A stretch of 64,000 nt of DNA from Camelus dromedarius (Eukaryota). The stretch covers positions 11,658,001 to 11,722,000 of the forward strand of contig NC_087438.1 of NCBI RefSeq assembly GCF_036321535.1, given 5' to 3'. The translations under genes were made by a program, and so were the position numbers. A model generated the notes under the pieces. It was not told the DNA's origin. It made no database searches and was given only the letters and a program-made list of their open reading frames with translations. Within the stretch, counting starts at the first letter, position 1, and every line of letters starts with the position of its first letter. Shown here piece by piece: positions 1 to 12,660 of this stretch.

Positions 1-1065
1 CTGTGCCAATAATGTGCCTTATAAATATTGCTAATTAACAACTAAATCTTTTACAGGAAAACGTTGGCAGGTAGACTAATTTTTAACACATGAATTACTT
101 TGTACTTTATTTCAAATTATAATGTTTTGCAGCTAGAATTAAACTTAAGTTCTTAATTGCAAAGCCTCCATTTGATATTCTTCAGATTGTTGTAACAGCT
201 ACTTTTTAATGCCCTGCAGAGACATTTTATAAGTAAGAACCAAGCGCTTATTTAAAGAATGAAAAGTCTTAGCGTTTATATGCTGGTCTTATGTTTCCTC
301 TGGACCTCTCTTTGGTCCTAAATATTTGGTTTCAAATATTTCCAAATGTCTCATGTAGTGGGACATGTAGAATTAAGATTCTAATTGCAGAGGTAAGATT
401 TTAATAAGTACTGACATTAAATCAATTCACCCTATCAACTGCTCACTGTGATACAATTCAGTGTTTGTTCTAACTTTAAGATACAGTATCTTCAAAAGTC
501 CTGCCTTGGTTAGCATCTACTTTTAGTAGGCTTAGACATTTTATAAGGAGTCAAATTAACAACTTGATTAAAGCACTAAAAATTGAGGGAATATTTTTGA
601 AGGGTTGTAAATCTTTAATAACAATGTAAATATACCTACTTACATCATCTCAGCTCAGTCATAAAAAATAAAAAGCATCTCCCATGGTTCTTCCAAAGTC
701 AATGGTGGAGATAATTAAAGTCAAAAATAATTAAATAATTAGATAATTAAAGTAGCCTGTCTAGAGTAACTAGTTAAACATTCAGGCTTCACCAGGTATG
801 GCGGAAATCCCAGGGACGGCAGGAATTAATGGCTGTGTGCAATCGGGGGGCTGAGTAGTCAATTAACACGTGTCAAGGAGTCCCAGCTCATTCTAGATTG
901 CATTCATTGTTGGGATTCAGGAACAGAACAGAGATGGTTGAAACTCTTCAATATCCTGCCTTTCTTTCGAAGCAGTGTGGAGCCGTGTAACTAAGTGGGC
1001 AACAAGAAGTGAGTGGCCAGATGTCTGCCCCACCAGGCCTGGCTGTAAAATCATCTGATGTGATC

Positions 1066-1130
1066 CTGTCCCTGTCTCTGTCTCTGTCTCTGTCTCTGTC
1101 TCTGTCTCTGTCTTTGTCTCTTTCTCTCTC
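1066..1130. repeat. (TCTCTG)n hexamer microsatellite
   Basis: Tandem tctctg units; these produce the spurious ETETET/DRDRDR/SLSLSL ORFs. Confidence 0.9.
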
Positions 1131-1519
1131 TTCCTTTTTCTCTGGCTCCTGGAGGCCCCATGTTGCAAATGGTTTACCTCCAAGACAGAAGGCACTTGAT
1201 CCATACTGGACTGGAACATGAGGGAGCTTCTCTTTGGGTTCAGTGAGTGACGTCACTGAGATGTTGGAGGTTGACCCCCACAGCCTAACCTCCTTCGACT
1301 GATACAAGGCTGGTCTGGGCAGGTCTGGTGAAGTGTCTGGGTCAACACAGTGGAAGTTTATTTGCACATCTAGCCAGACTTCTGTCATTGCTCTGCAGAG
1401 GAGAGGGACTGTTCTGATTGTGGCGAGCCATCTACTTTGCAGACTCCTTCTCCGACCCAGCGTCTAGACCCATGTCTCACGCAGCGTGGGAGAGGGGAGG
1501 GGAAAGGAAACGCTATGCA

Positions 1520-1880
1520 CCAAATACTCTCAGTTTGGCCCTCCACATCTCAATTCTGTCTTTTTCTGGCCTCTTCTTTATGAAACCGTCACATTAGCTC
1601 CCTTGCCCTCTGGCTTCGAGTTGGATGGGGCAATGGGAGGAGCCTGTAGGAGATCGGAGGGAGGGAGACGAGTGAAGCTGGGGTATCTGCTCTTCCTGCT
1701 CCCTCCCTACCTGACCATGAGCACGGCATTCTTCTAACCTCAGTTCATCCTCTTCCACAGCTACAAGCTCTGAGCAGACAGGGTCCAGGAACCTTCCACC
1801 TGCGCCTTCACACCCTGCCAGTCTACCAGCTCCTGTGGGTTCCCTCGATCCTGCTCACACCACCCACAAAATCTCTCAAG
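1520..1880 (+). mobile_element. Old ERVL-type LTR fragment (LTR33-like)
   Basis: ctcccttgccctctggcttcgagttgg...caatgggagg...ggagatcggagggaggg resembles the recalled LTR33 core. Confidence 0.5.
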
Positions 1881-2556
1881 TGATCTGTCTGTTTCTTACC
1901 AGGGCTGATGCAGGCAATGTGTAATTTAAAAGGTTAAAACTATCTTTATTGAAATGACTGTAAGACACCAAGACACAAGTCGGCATTATCAGGGGGAGTG
2001 CGACTGAACAGAGAAAGTGAGGTGTTCCCCCTGTTCTGACCCAAGGTACAGGGCAGCTGGGCCATTTGCAGGCTCCCAGAAACCCACTGACACATCGGAG
2101 CTCTCGTGAGTGAGCTCGCAGCCTCCCCCCGCCGGGCTGGAGGGACCCACAGGGACCGCGCCAGCCTCCAGGCAGCTCAAATGTGGGCTCAGGAGACTGC
2201 GGCTGGGTACTCCCGGGCAGCTTTGCCAATTGCTGAACAACTATTAACTACCAAGGGATATTCAAGCCCATTGAAATGACCCCTGGAGTACCCAAGGATA
2301 TTCAGGGAAAAGTCTGAAGTTGTTCAGGGTCCCTCTATAGGGAGGAGCGGCAAGAACCAGAAAAACAGAATTTAATGCTCTTGATGTGACTACCTTCGTA
2401 ATTCTAGATGGACGTGACCTGGGGAAATAACCTTTCTTAGAGAAGGTGGTGTGGGGAAAAGTCTCAGAGTGTAGAAACAACCTAACAAATGAAAGAACCT
2501 CCTTGGAAATAGCCTCCTTGGGAGGAATTTTACGGGCTACTAGTCAAGTACTAAAG

Positions 2557-2613
2557 AGTGTGTGTGTGTGTGTGTGTGTGCATGTGTGTGTGCGTGTGCG
2601 TGTGTGCGTGTGT
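2557..2613. repeat. (TG)n / (TGCG) microsatellite
   Basis: Directly visible in the sequence. Confidence 0.95.
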
Positions 2614-5600
2614 AAAAACACTACTTTAAATGCATCTTTCAAAGTCCATAAGAAACCGATTCAAAAGTCCAAAATTTAGGGGGAAAAAATGCGAGCAAGC
2701 GTGGCCATCTGTTCATGCGACTTAACTCAAAAAACACCAATTCCAGTTGGATATTTAAACCTTACACGTTCACGTACTTTGTCCTCCTGTGTCTAGTTTT
2801 CATCTTCCAAAGTGTCTCTTTTATTTTCTATGTAAGACCACTCCCCTTTCAACATTTATATTTATGCAAAGAAGTCCCATTAACCCCTGATTAGTAAGGG
2901 GTGATGGAAAGACAAGCTTACAGCTGAATCTCGCTAAGCTTAACATTCAGTCCCTTTCGTGGTAACCTAGGACTTATCAACTGTTCACCACAGTTCATGC
3001 AGTTGGTGTAACTGACAGGCAATTGATGGGAGCTGGCTGCTGCTCACCCTGGCACCTCACTTGCATTCACTTCTGAAAAGCCAGACATCTTACAAATAAA
3101 AGAGCCTACCGCAGACCATCCAAAGCCATTTATAGGTATTTAGAGTTGTGGCATGGCTAGGAATGTTTTCTATCATCTTCACACAGTTCCAGTGTTTTTT
3201 GGTTATATTTTCTTGGCATGGCTCAGGAAACCTTTTTCTAGCATACAGTCATGCCCTTTATTTTTTTATAGAAAGCAAAGTACCAGAACAATTTTTAAAG
3301 TCACAGTTTATGAATGGAAAACAAATGTCTTTATTTTTTAAGGCAAGTGTTTTATATGAAATAGCTATGCTAAATTTAACTTTCTTTAATATAAAGACAT
3401 CCAAAGAAAGATATTTAACATATTTACTTTAGGGTCATTCTACATTCTCATTATACCTTAAGTAAATCATTTTTCAAACACCTTGCTGGCTCAGCAATAC
3501 TTTATTTCTATAGTGAGTTTCAGCAACTCCAGAAAAGACTTTATAAACGGTAGCTGTGGAACTAAGACATTTCTAATACCCTTCTTGAGTTTGTCTTCAG
3601 CTGTTTCGATAGAGAAATAGTAATTTCCAACTGACATTTTTTTCCAATAAGCTACACAATTCTTTTGTTTGAGGCCATTTTTTGCCACCTGTCCCAACTC
3701 ACTTTTATCTTTACACGGCAGTGGGAATATGTTACCAGAGTGAGGAATGCCTTTCAAGGACCAGAAGAAAAATAAGTCAAAATGAGAAGAGAGTGTGCAG
3801 TCAAATTTGTGTTATGGAATACAAAGAGGGTAAAATTTCCACGTCTTCCCTTTTTTAGTATTTCAAGATATGTTTCCTAGGGAATTAGTAAAGACAAAAT
3901 ATTTTATCAGTTATGGAGAAAATGAGATAAACATTTATTGCCCCTAAGATTTTGTCTAACTGCATTATGTAAATATAAGTAAAATCTCACTTTAATAAAT
4001 TCAATAACTATATCCAGGTTCAATTTTGGAAATTTGGTCTATCTCTCTGATAATAATTCATATTAACTGCTGTGCTGATGGAAATACCGTAAATTTTAGG
4101 TGATAAGCACACTCATATAAGCGTGTTCATATTCTTCTTAACCACTTATTAAACATTGGTCCATGTTTCTAATCAATAAACATCATGAGCTCTTCAAAAA
4201 GACTGTGGACAGACCTTGAACTTGAATACTCCTGTGATGCTAAGTACACTCACAAATTAGGATATTGTGATACAAAATACTGTGCTGATGCTATTTGGGC
4301 AATATAAATAAAGTTTTGTTGTTTTGCAAACTTCTGTAGAGCTGTGGAATAATTACAGAACAAAGTCAGTGTGAGGTGCTACTCAAGGGAGAACAAATCA
4401 CTCTTTGGAAAATAAAATATCCTTGGTTCCGGTTAAAGAAAAAAATCTGATGACGATGACATACACGAAAAGAGTAGCTATAAAAAGGCCAAAGGCAACA
4501 GCAATCGCATAGATGGAAACAGCTAAGAAAGCATTTTAAACAAAGTCAGATGCTCAAAATATACTTCTAACTTGTGTTACACACACTGAGGTAGAAGGAG
4601 TCACCACCACGTGCAGATCAACCCAGCATCACTGCTGGAGATCCAACCATAAGTTGACAGTCTAACTCCAGATGTGTTTATATAGTAGGCACCACGTTTT
4701 CCATTCTCACTGAAACTAGTTCACTTCCTAAATCTTTCTCCACCTGCCAAATTCATTGTAATCCATATGCCTGGTGTTAATTTACTAGGCAAATATGATT
4801 GGATGGGACCCTTCATTTGAAAAGATGAAATAATGATAAATATCTACTATGCATGACTTTAAATACACATGTTAAAGCCAGCAGCACCTAACTGCCCCAT
4901 TTAAGGACAGCCTAAAGAAGTGCACAGAAGGCAGGGCTCACCTAATACAAATGCACATGAAATATTATGGCAAGTGCTACAACAGTTAAACATAATTCTC
5001 AAAAAAAATTTTTCCTAATCCTAATGGCAATAACTCCTCATTAGTTTGTAAGGAAGAAAGCAAACAATTATCATGAAAGAAATGGCAGGCAATAATGTAG
5101 TTTGGTTCATAAGCGGTAACATAATCCCATTAGAATTTCCTTTTATGGAGAAATGGAAGCAGAAAATAGTAAATTACAATGTATTACTTATGATTTTCTA
5201 GATGACAAGAGATAGATTTTGGAAATATTTTCAATTTTGAAATATAATAAATATACAACATTGTAACTATGCAAAGACAAAGGTGAAAAAAGATTTGGAC
5301 CTTAATAATAGAAAGAAAAGAAAAAAATACAATTTAAAATAAACTATATTATCGGCAAAGCAGTGTGAAGAACTAGGGGGAAAATAAAGAATAAAAAGGC
5401 AGTGGATTGATAGAACCTAGATATGAATTCCCATCCTGGAATCATGAATGAGTCACCCAACCCCAGTGGGGCTCAGTTTCTTCCCATTGAACTTGGTGAT
5501 CTCTTGGCTCCTTCCCAGCTCAACTATTCTAGGAACACTGCCATTTCACAAAGGATAGCTTAAATAGGAAGATCATTTTACTTTGTGTTTAGGAACCGGA

Positions 5601-6321
5601 ATACATGTTTTATTTGTTTTTTCTCTAAATACCTACTTGGTTCTATCTTCTGCCAGCTTCTGATGTGAAATATTGAACAGTGGTGATGTGGCAGCATTTG
5701 AAAGGGAGACACAATGATCAAGTTGCAGATGCTCTGAGATAAAGTTCACCCCCGTGGAAAGAACAGAAAAGAAAATCAGAGACGAAGCCACTGACTGCAG
5801 CCTGAAAGTGTAGTTCAGAGCTGGCTACAGAGGATTCCTTTCATCCCTGATCCAAGACCCCAGGGCAGGAGCTCCAAGCATCTCCAACTGTGGCTGAGGA
5901 GGCTGCCCAGGTGATGCAGGAGAATGTGTCATGGCAGCGCTTCCTCTTACCTATAAGGCAGATCATCTGCTATGTTCAGAACCAAGTATAACATGACTTA
6001 TTCTCACAGTGTTTAAATGGCCTAAGGGCAAAGATAAGGAGAGAAATAATTCTATAGCTGAGAAGGAAGGAGACAGTACAAAGAATAATGAGCCCTGGTC
6101 TGAATATGTTCCTTTTGGTCCAATCTTACCCGCCTCAGACCAGTCATGTTTGTCCTGCCAGTCCAACTTAGTACCTATATCTGGGCTCCATTCCTTGCTG
6201 GTCTAGAAGCTTCCACCGTGCATCTATCTTTGGCTTCTTCCTCCTTAACATGGCCCTCATAACTCCCCTATAGTGACTGGATTGCCAGAACCAATGATAT
6301 ATTAATGATAGAAAGTTTGTA

Positions 6322-6526
6322 CAGTTGTCTCTGATATATGCAGGAGATTGGTTCCAGGACCAAAACCTGCGGATGGTCAAGTCCCACAGTCTGCCCTCCG
6401 AATCTGAGGTTCTGCACCTGTTCATTCAACCAAACTCAGATGTGTAGTACTGTAATATTTATTGAAAAAAATTCATGTATAAGTGGATGCATGCTGTTCA
6501 AATCTATGTTGTTCAAGGGTCAGCAG
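6322..6526 (+). mobile_element. Tigger2-derived MITE (MER8/MER2-like, TcMar-Tigger)
   Basis: TA|CAGTTGTC...ggagattggttccaggacc...gaaaaaaattcatgtataagtgga...gttgttcaagggtcag; termini and internal motifs are of MER8 type. Confidence 0.75.
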
Positions 6527-7154
6527 TGCATGGAAATTTAGTTGTGTAAGGAGAGCTCTTTACAAGCAAGGTACTAAGTTATGGAAAAAGTTTCAGTAAC
6601 AGGGAAATAAGGGGTTGTATTTGGATATGGATGATTTATATTTAAAGTGTCAGAGAACAAGATAGTGTAGAGTGTTAGCCTGGAGACCAAAAATAAAAGA
6701 GTTGATATTTTATTAAAGGAATCCAAAGAACATTTTAGAAGACTTCCTGGAAGCCACAGAAGTATAAAAGAAGCAATGCCTGATAAAAACTAGAAGCAGA
6801 AAATAACAAGAAAAAAAATCCTTAGATGAAAACTCAATAGGAACAGAAAGAAACACAACTGACTGCAATAGACATAAAGATAAATAATTGCAAGTAAATA
6901 ATAAAACATAACAAGCAAATCAAAATTCACATTACAGTAGGCAACTGACATTAACACAGACATAGGAAGACATACAAATAATCAAAGACATATGGAAGAA
7001 GACCTTCCTGCACTTAATAAAGCAGAGTAGAATTATAAGATGTCTCTTAGATACACACTAGAAAAATCTTTGAAACAAAAGGATGAGGAAATATCCTCAA
7101 GTGATCCAGTGAAAAAACTAACACACAAACAAAAACCAAACTACAGACCTATTC

Positions 7155-7630
7155 TGTGGAAAATGGAAAGGATGCCCACCATTATCTACTCCTCCCGTTA
7201 TCATGCCTTTTGCAATGCATCTGCATTTTGCAGTTCCTCCGATTGAGAGGTGGAGCCTGTTTCTTCATTCCTTGAATCTGATCTGGTTCTGTCACTTGCT
7301 TTTGCCAACAAATGTATCAGAAATAGCTGTGTACCAGTTCCAAGGTTTTTTGGAACCCTACCATTTGAACAGGCAAGCTAGCCTACTGAAGGAGAACCCA
7401 GTTGCCCTAGCCCAGCCCATCAGAGCTCAGCCAGCCTGCCAATGCCCAAAATGTAAGAAGTCTTGGCTAAGATCAGCAGAACCATCTCTGACTGCATAAG
7501 CATGAGAGAATCCAGCCAAGACCAGAAGACCACACAGACTGCCAAAGACTAATAAACAATAACAAAGGATTATTGTTGTAAGCCACTGAGCTCTAGAGTT
7601 TTTTGTTACATAGCACTAGCTAACTAATTT
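7155..7630 (+). mobile_element. MaLR solo LTR (MLT1 family)
   Basis: gaggtggagcctgtttcttcattccttgaatctg...; 3' end ttgttgtaagccactgag...ttgttacatagcactagctaactaat. Confidence 0.7.
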
Positions 7631-8581
7631 ACCTAAATAGGAGCAAAAAACTGTCACATGCACACAGACACACACAGAGACGTGTATGCACAAATACATA
7701 TTTGTAAAAATATGAATAATGTTGAAATATTTGAAATGCCTCTAAAAGAAATAAAACTATACTCCAACAGACAACTGGGCAAAGAACTTATTTTAGACAA
7801 TTGACAGAAAAAATACAAATGACTAATAAGTATCACTCTATGCAACTCCATAGATGAAAGAAACAAAAAGAAAAACAAAGAAATGCCATTTTTCCTATAT
7901 TAAATTGACAACAAAATTTAAAACTCATGAGGCTATCTGCTGAGGTTGGCATGGGAGGGAACCCCTCAAACACACTCCTGATGAGAATGTAAAATGGCAC
8001 AGCCATTCCTATAACCAATCTCATATTATATTTTGAGCCTGAAAAATGCTCATGCTTATATTTCTGTACATGTAGTTTTTCACTTAAAAACATTTAATAA
8101 ACAGAAAAATCGGAACCAAAAAATCCTCATGCTCCTTCACTTATTAATTCTACATCTCAGACATTATTTTAACAAAATATTTATAAATATGAACAAAATT
8201 TGGTAACACAAGAACTTCAACAGTAAAGAAATGACTAACTAAATTCTGATACAGCCTTATAATTAAAAATTATGTAGCCATTACAAAAACCACATGTAAA
8301 GAATAGTTACCAAAATGAGATAACATAACAATATAAAGAGAAAAATGCAACACTAAGTTTTAGGTATTTAAAGCATGACTAAAATTTAATAAAATTACAT
8401 ATGTGTGTATATTTAAGACTAGAAAGAAACACAAAGTCATGCTAAGTAATCTTTGTACCCACAGGATTATTATTATGGGTGACATTACACACACAGACAG
8501 AGTTTTCAAATTCCCTACACCAGCATACGTTAATTTTATAAATACAACCAATAAGTTCATTTTTTTCAACAATTAGTTATA

Positions 8582-8970
8582 TAGCAACCTAAGTACCCAT
8601 CAATAAATGAATGGATAAAGAGGTGGGGAGTAGGGGGAGGGAGAGCTGGATGAAGACAGTTAAAAGGTACAAACTTCCCATCATGAGATAAATAAGTACT
8701 AGAGGTGTAATGTACAAAGTGATAAATATAATAACGCTGCCGTATGTTATATATGCGAGTTGTTAAGAGAGTAAATCCTTAGTTGTCATCACAAGAGAAT
8801 TTTTTTTCTCCATTTTTAAAATTTTGTATCTATATGAGATGATGGATGCCCACCAAACCTACTGCGGTAATCAGTTCATAATGCATGTAAGTCAAATCAT
8901 TGCACTGAACACCTTAAACTCATGTAGTGCTGTATGTCAATTATATGTCAGTAGTACCGGAAGGAAAAAA
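8582..8970 (+). mobile_element. 5'-truncated L1 3' end (L1MA10-like) with 14-bp TSD
   Basis: L1 3' UTR (ggtacaaacttcc...caccttaaactc...gtatgtcaattatat) and an A-tail. AACAATTAGTTATA occurs at 8568-8581 and 8971-8984. Confidence 0.8.
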
Positions 8971-9229
8971 AACAATTAGTTATAGCTTCGGATGAATTTT
9001 TGAAGTCAATTCCTGGCACAGTACATTTTATAATCTTTCTATGGGTCACTACACATTGGCACAGTATATAAACTTAGTGGCTTTGGATCTTTTACCAAAT
9101 CAGAAGACTTTATAAATTCAGAATGACATTGTTAAATGCTGATGTGATCAGAAATAAACAGAAAGAGATCCAAAAGGGATGTCTGCTGGGACACTTCAGA
9201 GGATACACTAATGACACAATGCAACACAG

Positions 9230-9560
9230 AGAGCGAGTGCAGGTGTGTATGAAACAGATCTAGCAGTTAGTGGACCAGAAACTGAATGAACGTGAATTAG
9301 AAAGCTGTGCGTAAAATCAAGTACATTACTGAAAACTGCATTGACCAATAAGAATGAGGAATGAGGTTATTCCCTCCCTACCTTATTGGCCACATATAGT
9401 CCTTTATGAACATCATCTACAGTTTTTGGATCCACAATTTTAAAAGAAAGGTTCAAAGGAAAACATTATAAATAATAGTAACTCTTCAGAAATGAGATCT
9501 TGTAGCCCAAAGAGAACACTATCAAAAAGTTTAAAAGTCTTAGGATAGATGAAAAGTAAT
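9230..9560 (+). mobile_element. Ancient CR1/L3 LINE fragment
   Basis: gaggttattccctcctac...cagtttttggatccacaattttaaaaga resembles the end of CR1 RT; highly diverged. Confidence 0.4.
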
Positions 9561-10742
9561 TATTACACAGCTGCCAGTGATCAAATGGTCTCCATGTCTC
9601 CTGAGAAAATGCCCCAAAAAAGTATGAGTGAGTCATGTGATAGTCATCTCCCCTCCCTCCCACCCCTTGCCTCCAACTACACATATAGTTACAGCTACAG
9701 TTTCCTCAGTGCAAAGATATGGGAAAAGATATCAAAGAAAACTAAAAAATAAAAAAAAATAAAAAGAATAAAGGAGGGGAGGGAAGGAGAGAGAGAGGTG
9801 TGGTGGGGAGGGGGAGGGGAGAGAAAAGAAGGGAAAGAGGTGGAACAAACTTTGAAAGATCTTCAGCAAGAAAATAAGTGCCTCTCTAAAAGGACAGAGA
9901 GAAGGTAGACCTGGAATTGAATTCTAGCCTGCCCCATCTCTTACTATGCCTCAGTTTCTCACCTGTACATTAAGGAGGATGATAAATGAAATATGAGCTT
10001 TAAAAATTCAGGGAAAATATGACAGCAGTTAGACAAATGCTATGTTTGCATAAATGGTGTCCCAGAATAAGGAAAAGCAAATAGCTCACATAAATAGATA
10101 AATACATATATACATACATACAGGTAAATAATGCAAGAAAATGTTTAGAAATAAAAGAAACAGATTAAAAGTACACATTGGCTATCAGGGAGAAAAATCA
10201 TATGTAACAATAGACATGAAGTTAGTGGATTTCAATGATAAAGAAAAATCCTTTGGGCATCCAGATAGGATAAAGGGATAAATTAATGTTGAAGGAAAAG
10301 ACATGAGCTAACCTTGGCTTCTCCCTGGAAACATTCCATATTAAGACATGGCAGAAGGCCTCCAAAGTCCCCAGGCAAAGAAAGCCAACAGACAATTAAA
10401 ACATTTCAGCAAAATGCCTAGTAGTAACCACTGACTGCATTTAAACAAGGAATGAGAATTAAAGCCACTGTGAGAACTGGGGCTACAGAATAGAAGGGGA
10501 ATGGTGTAGAGAATGTAGAAATGAGGTAACTAACAAGACGAACAGAGCGGACAGAAGAGGAGCTAAGAGGTGGAGGGATGCGCTGACTAACTCATGGATA
10601 CTGCTTAAAAGACAATAATTACTAAGTATAACTATGAAGCCAGAGTTACAAAGGTTATCACTAAAGGAGTTATGACATAACAGGCAAGAACTTTCCAAAT
10701 AACAAAAAAAAAAAAAAATACAATTAAACTGAGACCATATAA

Positions 10743-11041
10743 CAATAAATTAGCAGGAAAAGGAAGTAAAGAAACAATCCTTTTTAAAGTCACATCCAAA
10801 GCAATAAAATACTTAGGAATAAATCTGACCAAGGAGGTGAAAGACTTACACATGGAGAACTACAAAACACTGATTAAGGAAATTAAAGATGACTTAAAGA
10901 AATGGAAAGATAGCCCATGCTACTGGATTGGAAGAATCAATATTGTTAAAATGGTCACACTGCCCAAGGCAATCTACAGATTTAACGTGATCCCTGTCGA
11001 ATTACCCAGGACATTTTTCACAGAACTAGAACAAATAATCC
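10743..11041 (+). mobile_element. Relatively young internal L1 ORF2 fragment with TSD
   Basis: Encodes [67 protein letters not shown]. Flanked by TAAACTGAGACCATATAA at 10725-10742 and 11042-11059. Confidence 0.9.
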
Positions 11042-11059
11042 TAAACTGAGACCATATAA

Positions 11060-12660
11060 TAAAAAGTTAAGCAACAAAACAAAGAATAACATAAAACTAT
11101 TACCAAATTAAGACTAAACACACTTATTACAGTAAGAAATATATTTGCATTATATTCATTCAAAAATCAAAACAAAACAAAAAAACCCAAAACAAACAAA
11201 AAACCCCCACTTTGTTCCCCAAAGGAAAAAAACAAATTGTATGTATGCTCTATGTCAGAAACAGCGAAAATAAAGTGACTTAATAAAATTGAAAACAAAA
11301 TTTTGGGCAAAGGCATGGACAGGCAAGTACCAACAAAAAATCAGGAATCTTGAGCTTAATATCAGGCACATTGAATTCAAAGCAAATAGCAACCAATAAG
11401 AGAAAGCTACTTTGGAACTGTAGACAGTACAATCCACATGAGCAGTTGTAACATGGCAGCATCCTTTGTATAGCAAAACCTGTATGAAATACAAAAGCAT
11501 AAAATTTACAGAAGTTCTGAAATTTACTTCTGCTGAAGAATGACCACACCAACAAGAAATAAAAATAAAATCACAAAGCTGTTCTAATTGATATGTGAAA
11601 GGAATTCCATATCTTAAAACAGAGAATGTGACTTCTTTACAAATCTCCATGGAATATTTTGACCACTGTTTAAGTCAAAAATAAAGCCTCTATCAATTAC
11701 AAAAATTGAAACAAAAGATAATTTCTGTTCACATTACTATAAAAATCTATAATAAAACTAGAGATTCAAGGGATCTTACCATCTAAAAAAATTTTAAATT
11801 CTCCAAAATAAGCTTTGTATCAAAAATGAAATCAAAACCAAGAATACAGAATATGCATAAAATAGTGAAAATGGAAGTCTCTGTTGGAATCTCTGGGAAT
11901 CCAACTGTGATGTGCTCAGAGGAAAATTCATAGTCTAAATTACTTATTTCAATAAAAAACAGAGTCTTCTTTTCAAGTTAAGAAATCTAAGGCCAATAAA
12001 TGAGATAAATCTTTGACTAACCAAAATAGAAAAGAAAAAGATAGAAGTAATATGGAAATAACCACAAATTGTTCATGAAACATGTGACTCATAAAAACCA
12101 CTTGGATCAAAAATATTTACAATAAATGTAAAAACGAAAGGAATGGGTGATTTTGTACACTATCAGTTACCATAAATTAAACTTCAGTACATTTTTAAAG
12201 AATAACTCCCCCAAAATGCACCAGGCTTAATCACTTTCACACTTGTGAATTCTACAAGTGCTTAGAGGCACAGGTAACTTCAGTGCTATTTACCATGCGC
12301 ATAGCCGTGGAAGGGAAGCTTCTGATTCGTTCTGCAAAACCAGCCCAGTGCCACATCTGACAAAGACACCCGCACAAAAAGAAGCTACAGACAAATTTCA
12401 CTTATGTCCTCAGGGCAAAAATCTCAAAGTAAGTATGTGGAAGACAAATTGTGCAGCTCGGTGGGGTTCACAACGGGTGTGCAAGGACTGTTAAACATTA
12501 GAAAATAAGACAACGCAATTCTTCATATTAGTAAATAAAAAGAGAAATTTTATGTTCTCCATTAATGCTGAGAAGGAATTGGACAAAATTTAATAAAATT
12601 TAAAACGTCCATTTTCGACTTTTTAAAACTCTTAATAAAGTAGAAAAACATGGCAACATC
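11060..12660 (+). mobile_element. Ancient degraded L1 ORF2 remnants (EN/RT region)
   Basis: A-rich strand bias and degenerate L1 motifs (ttaatatcaggcacattgaattcaaagcaaa; gctcagaggaaaattcatag; aatgctgagaagg). Confidence 0.55.

Noticed and set aside
917..1388. ORFs with ETETET / DRDRDR / SLSLSL tracts
   Set aside because: Translations of the (TCTCTG)n microsatellite.
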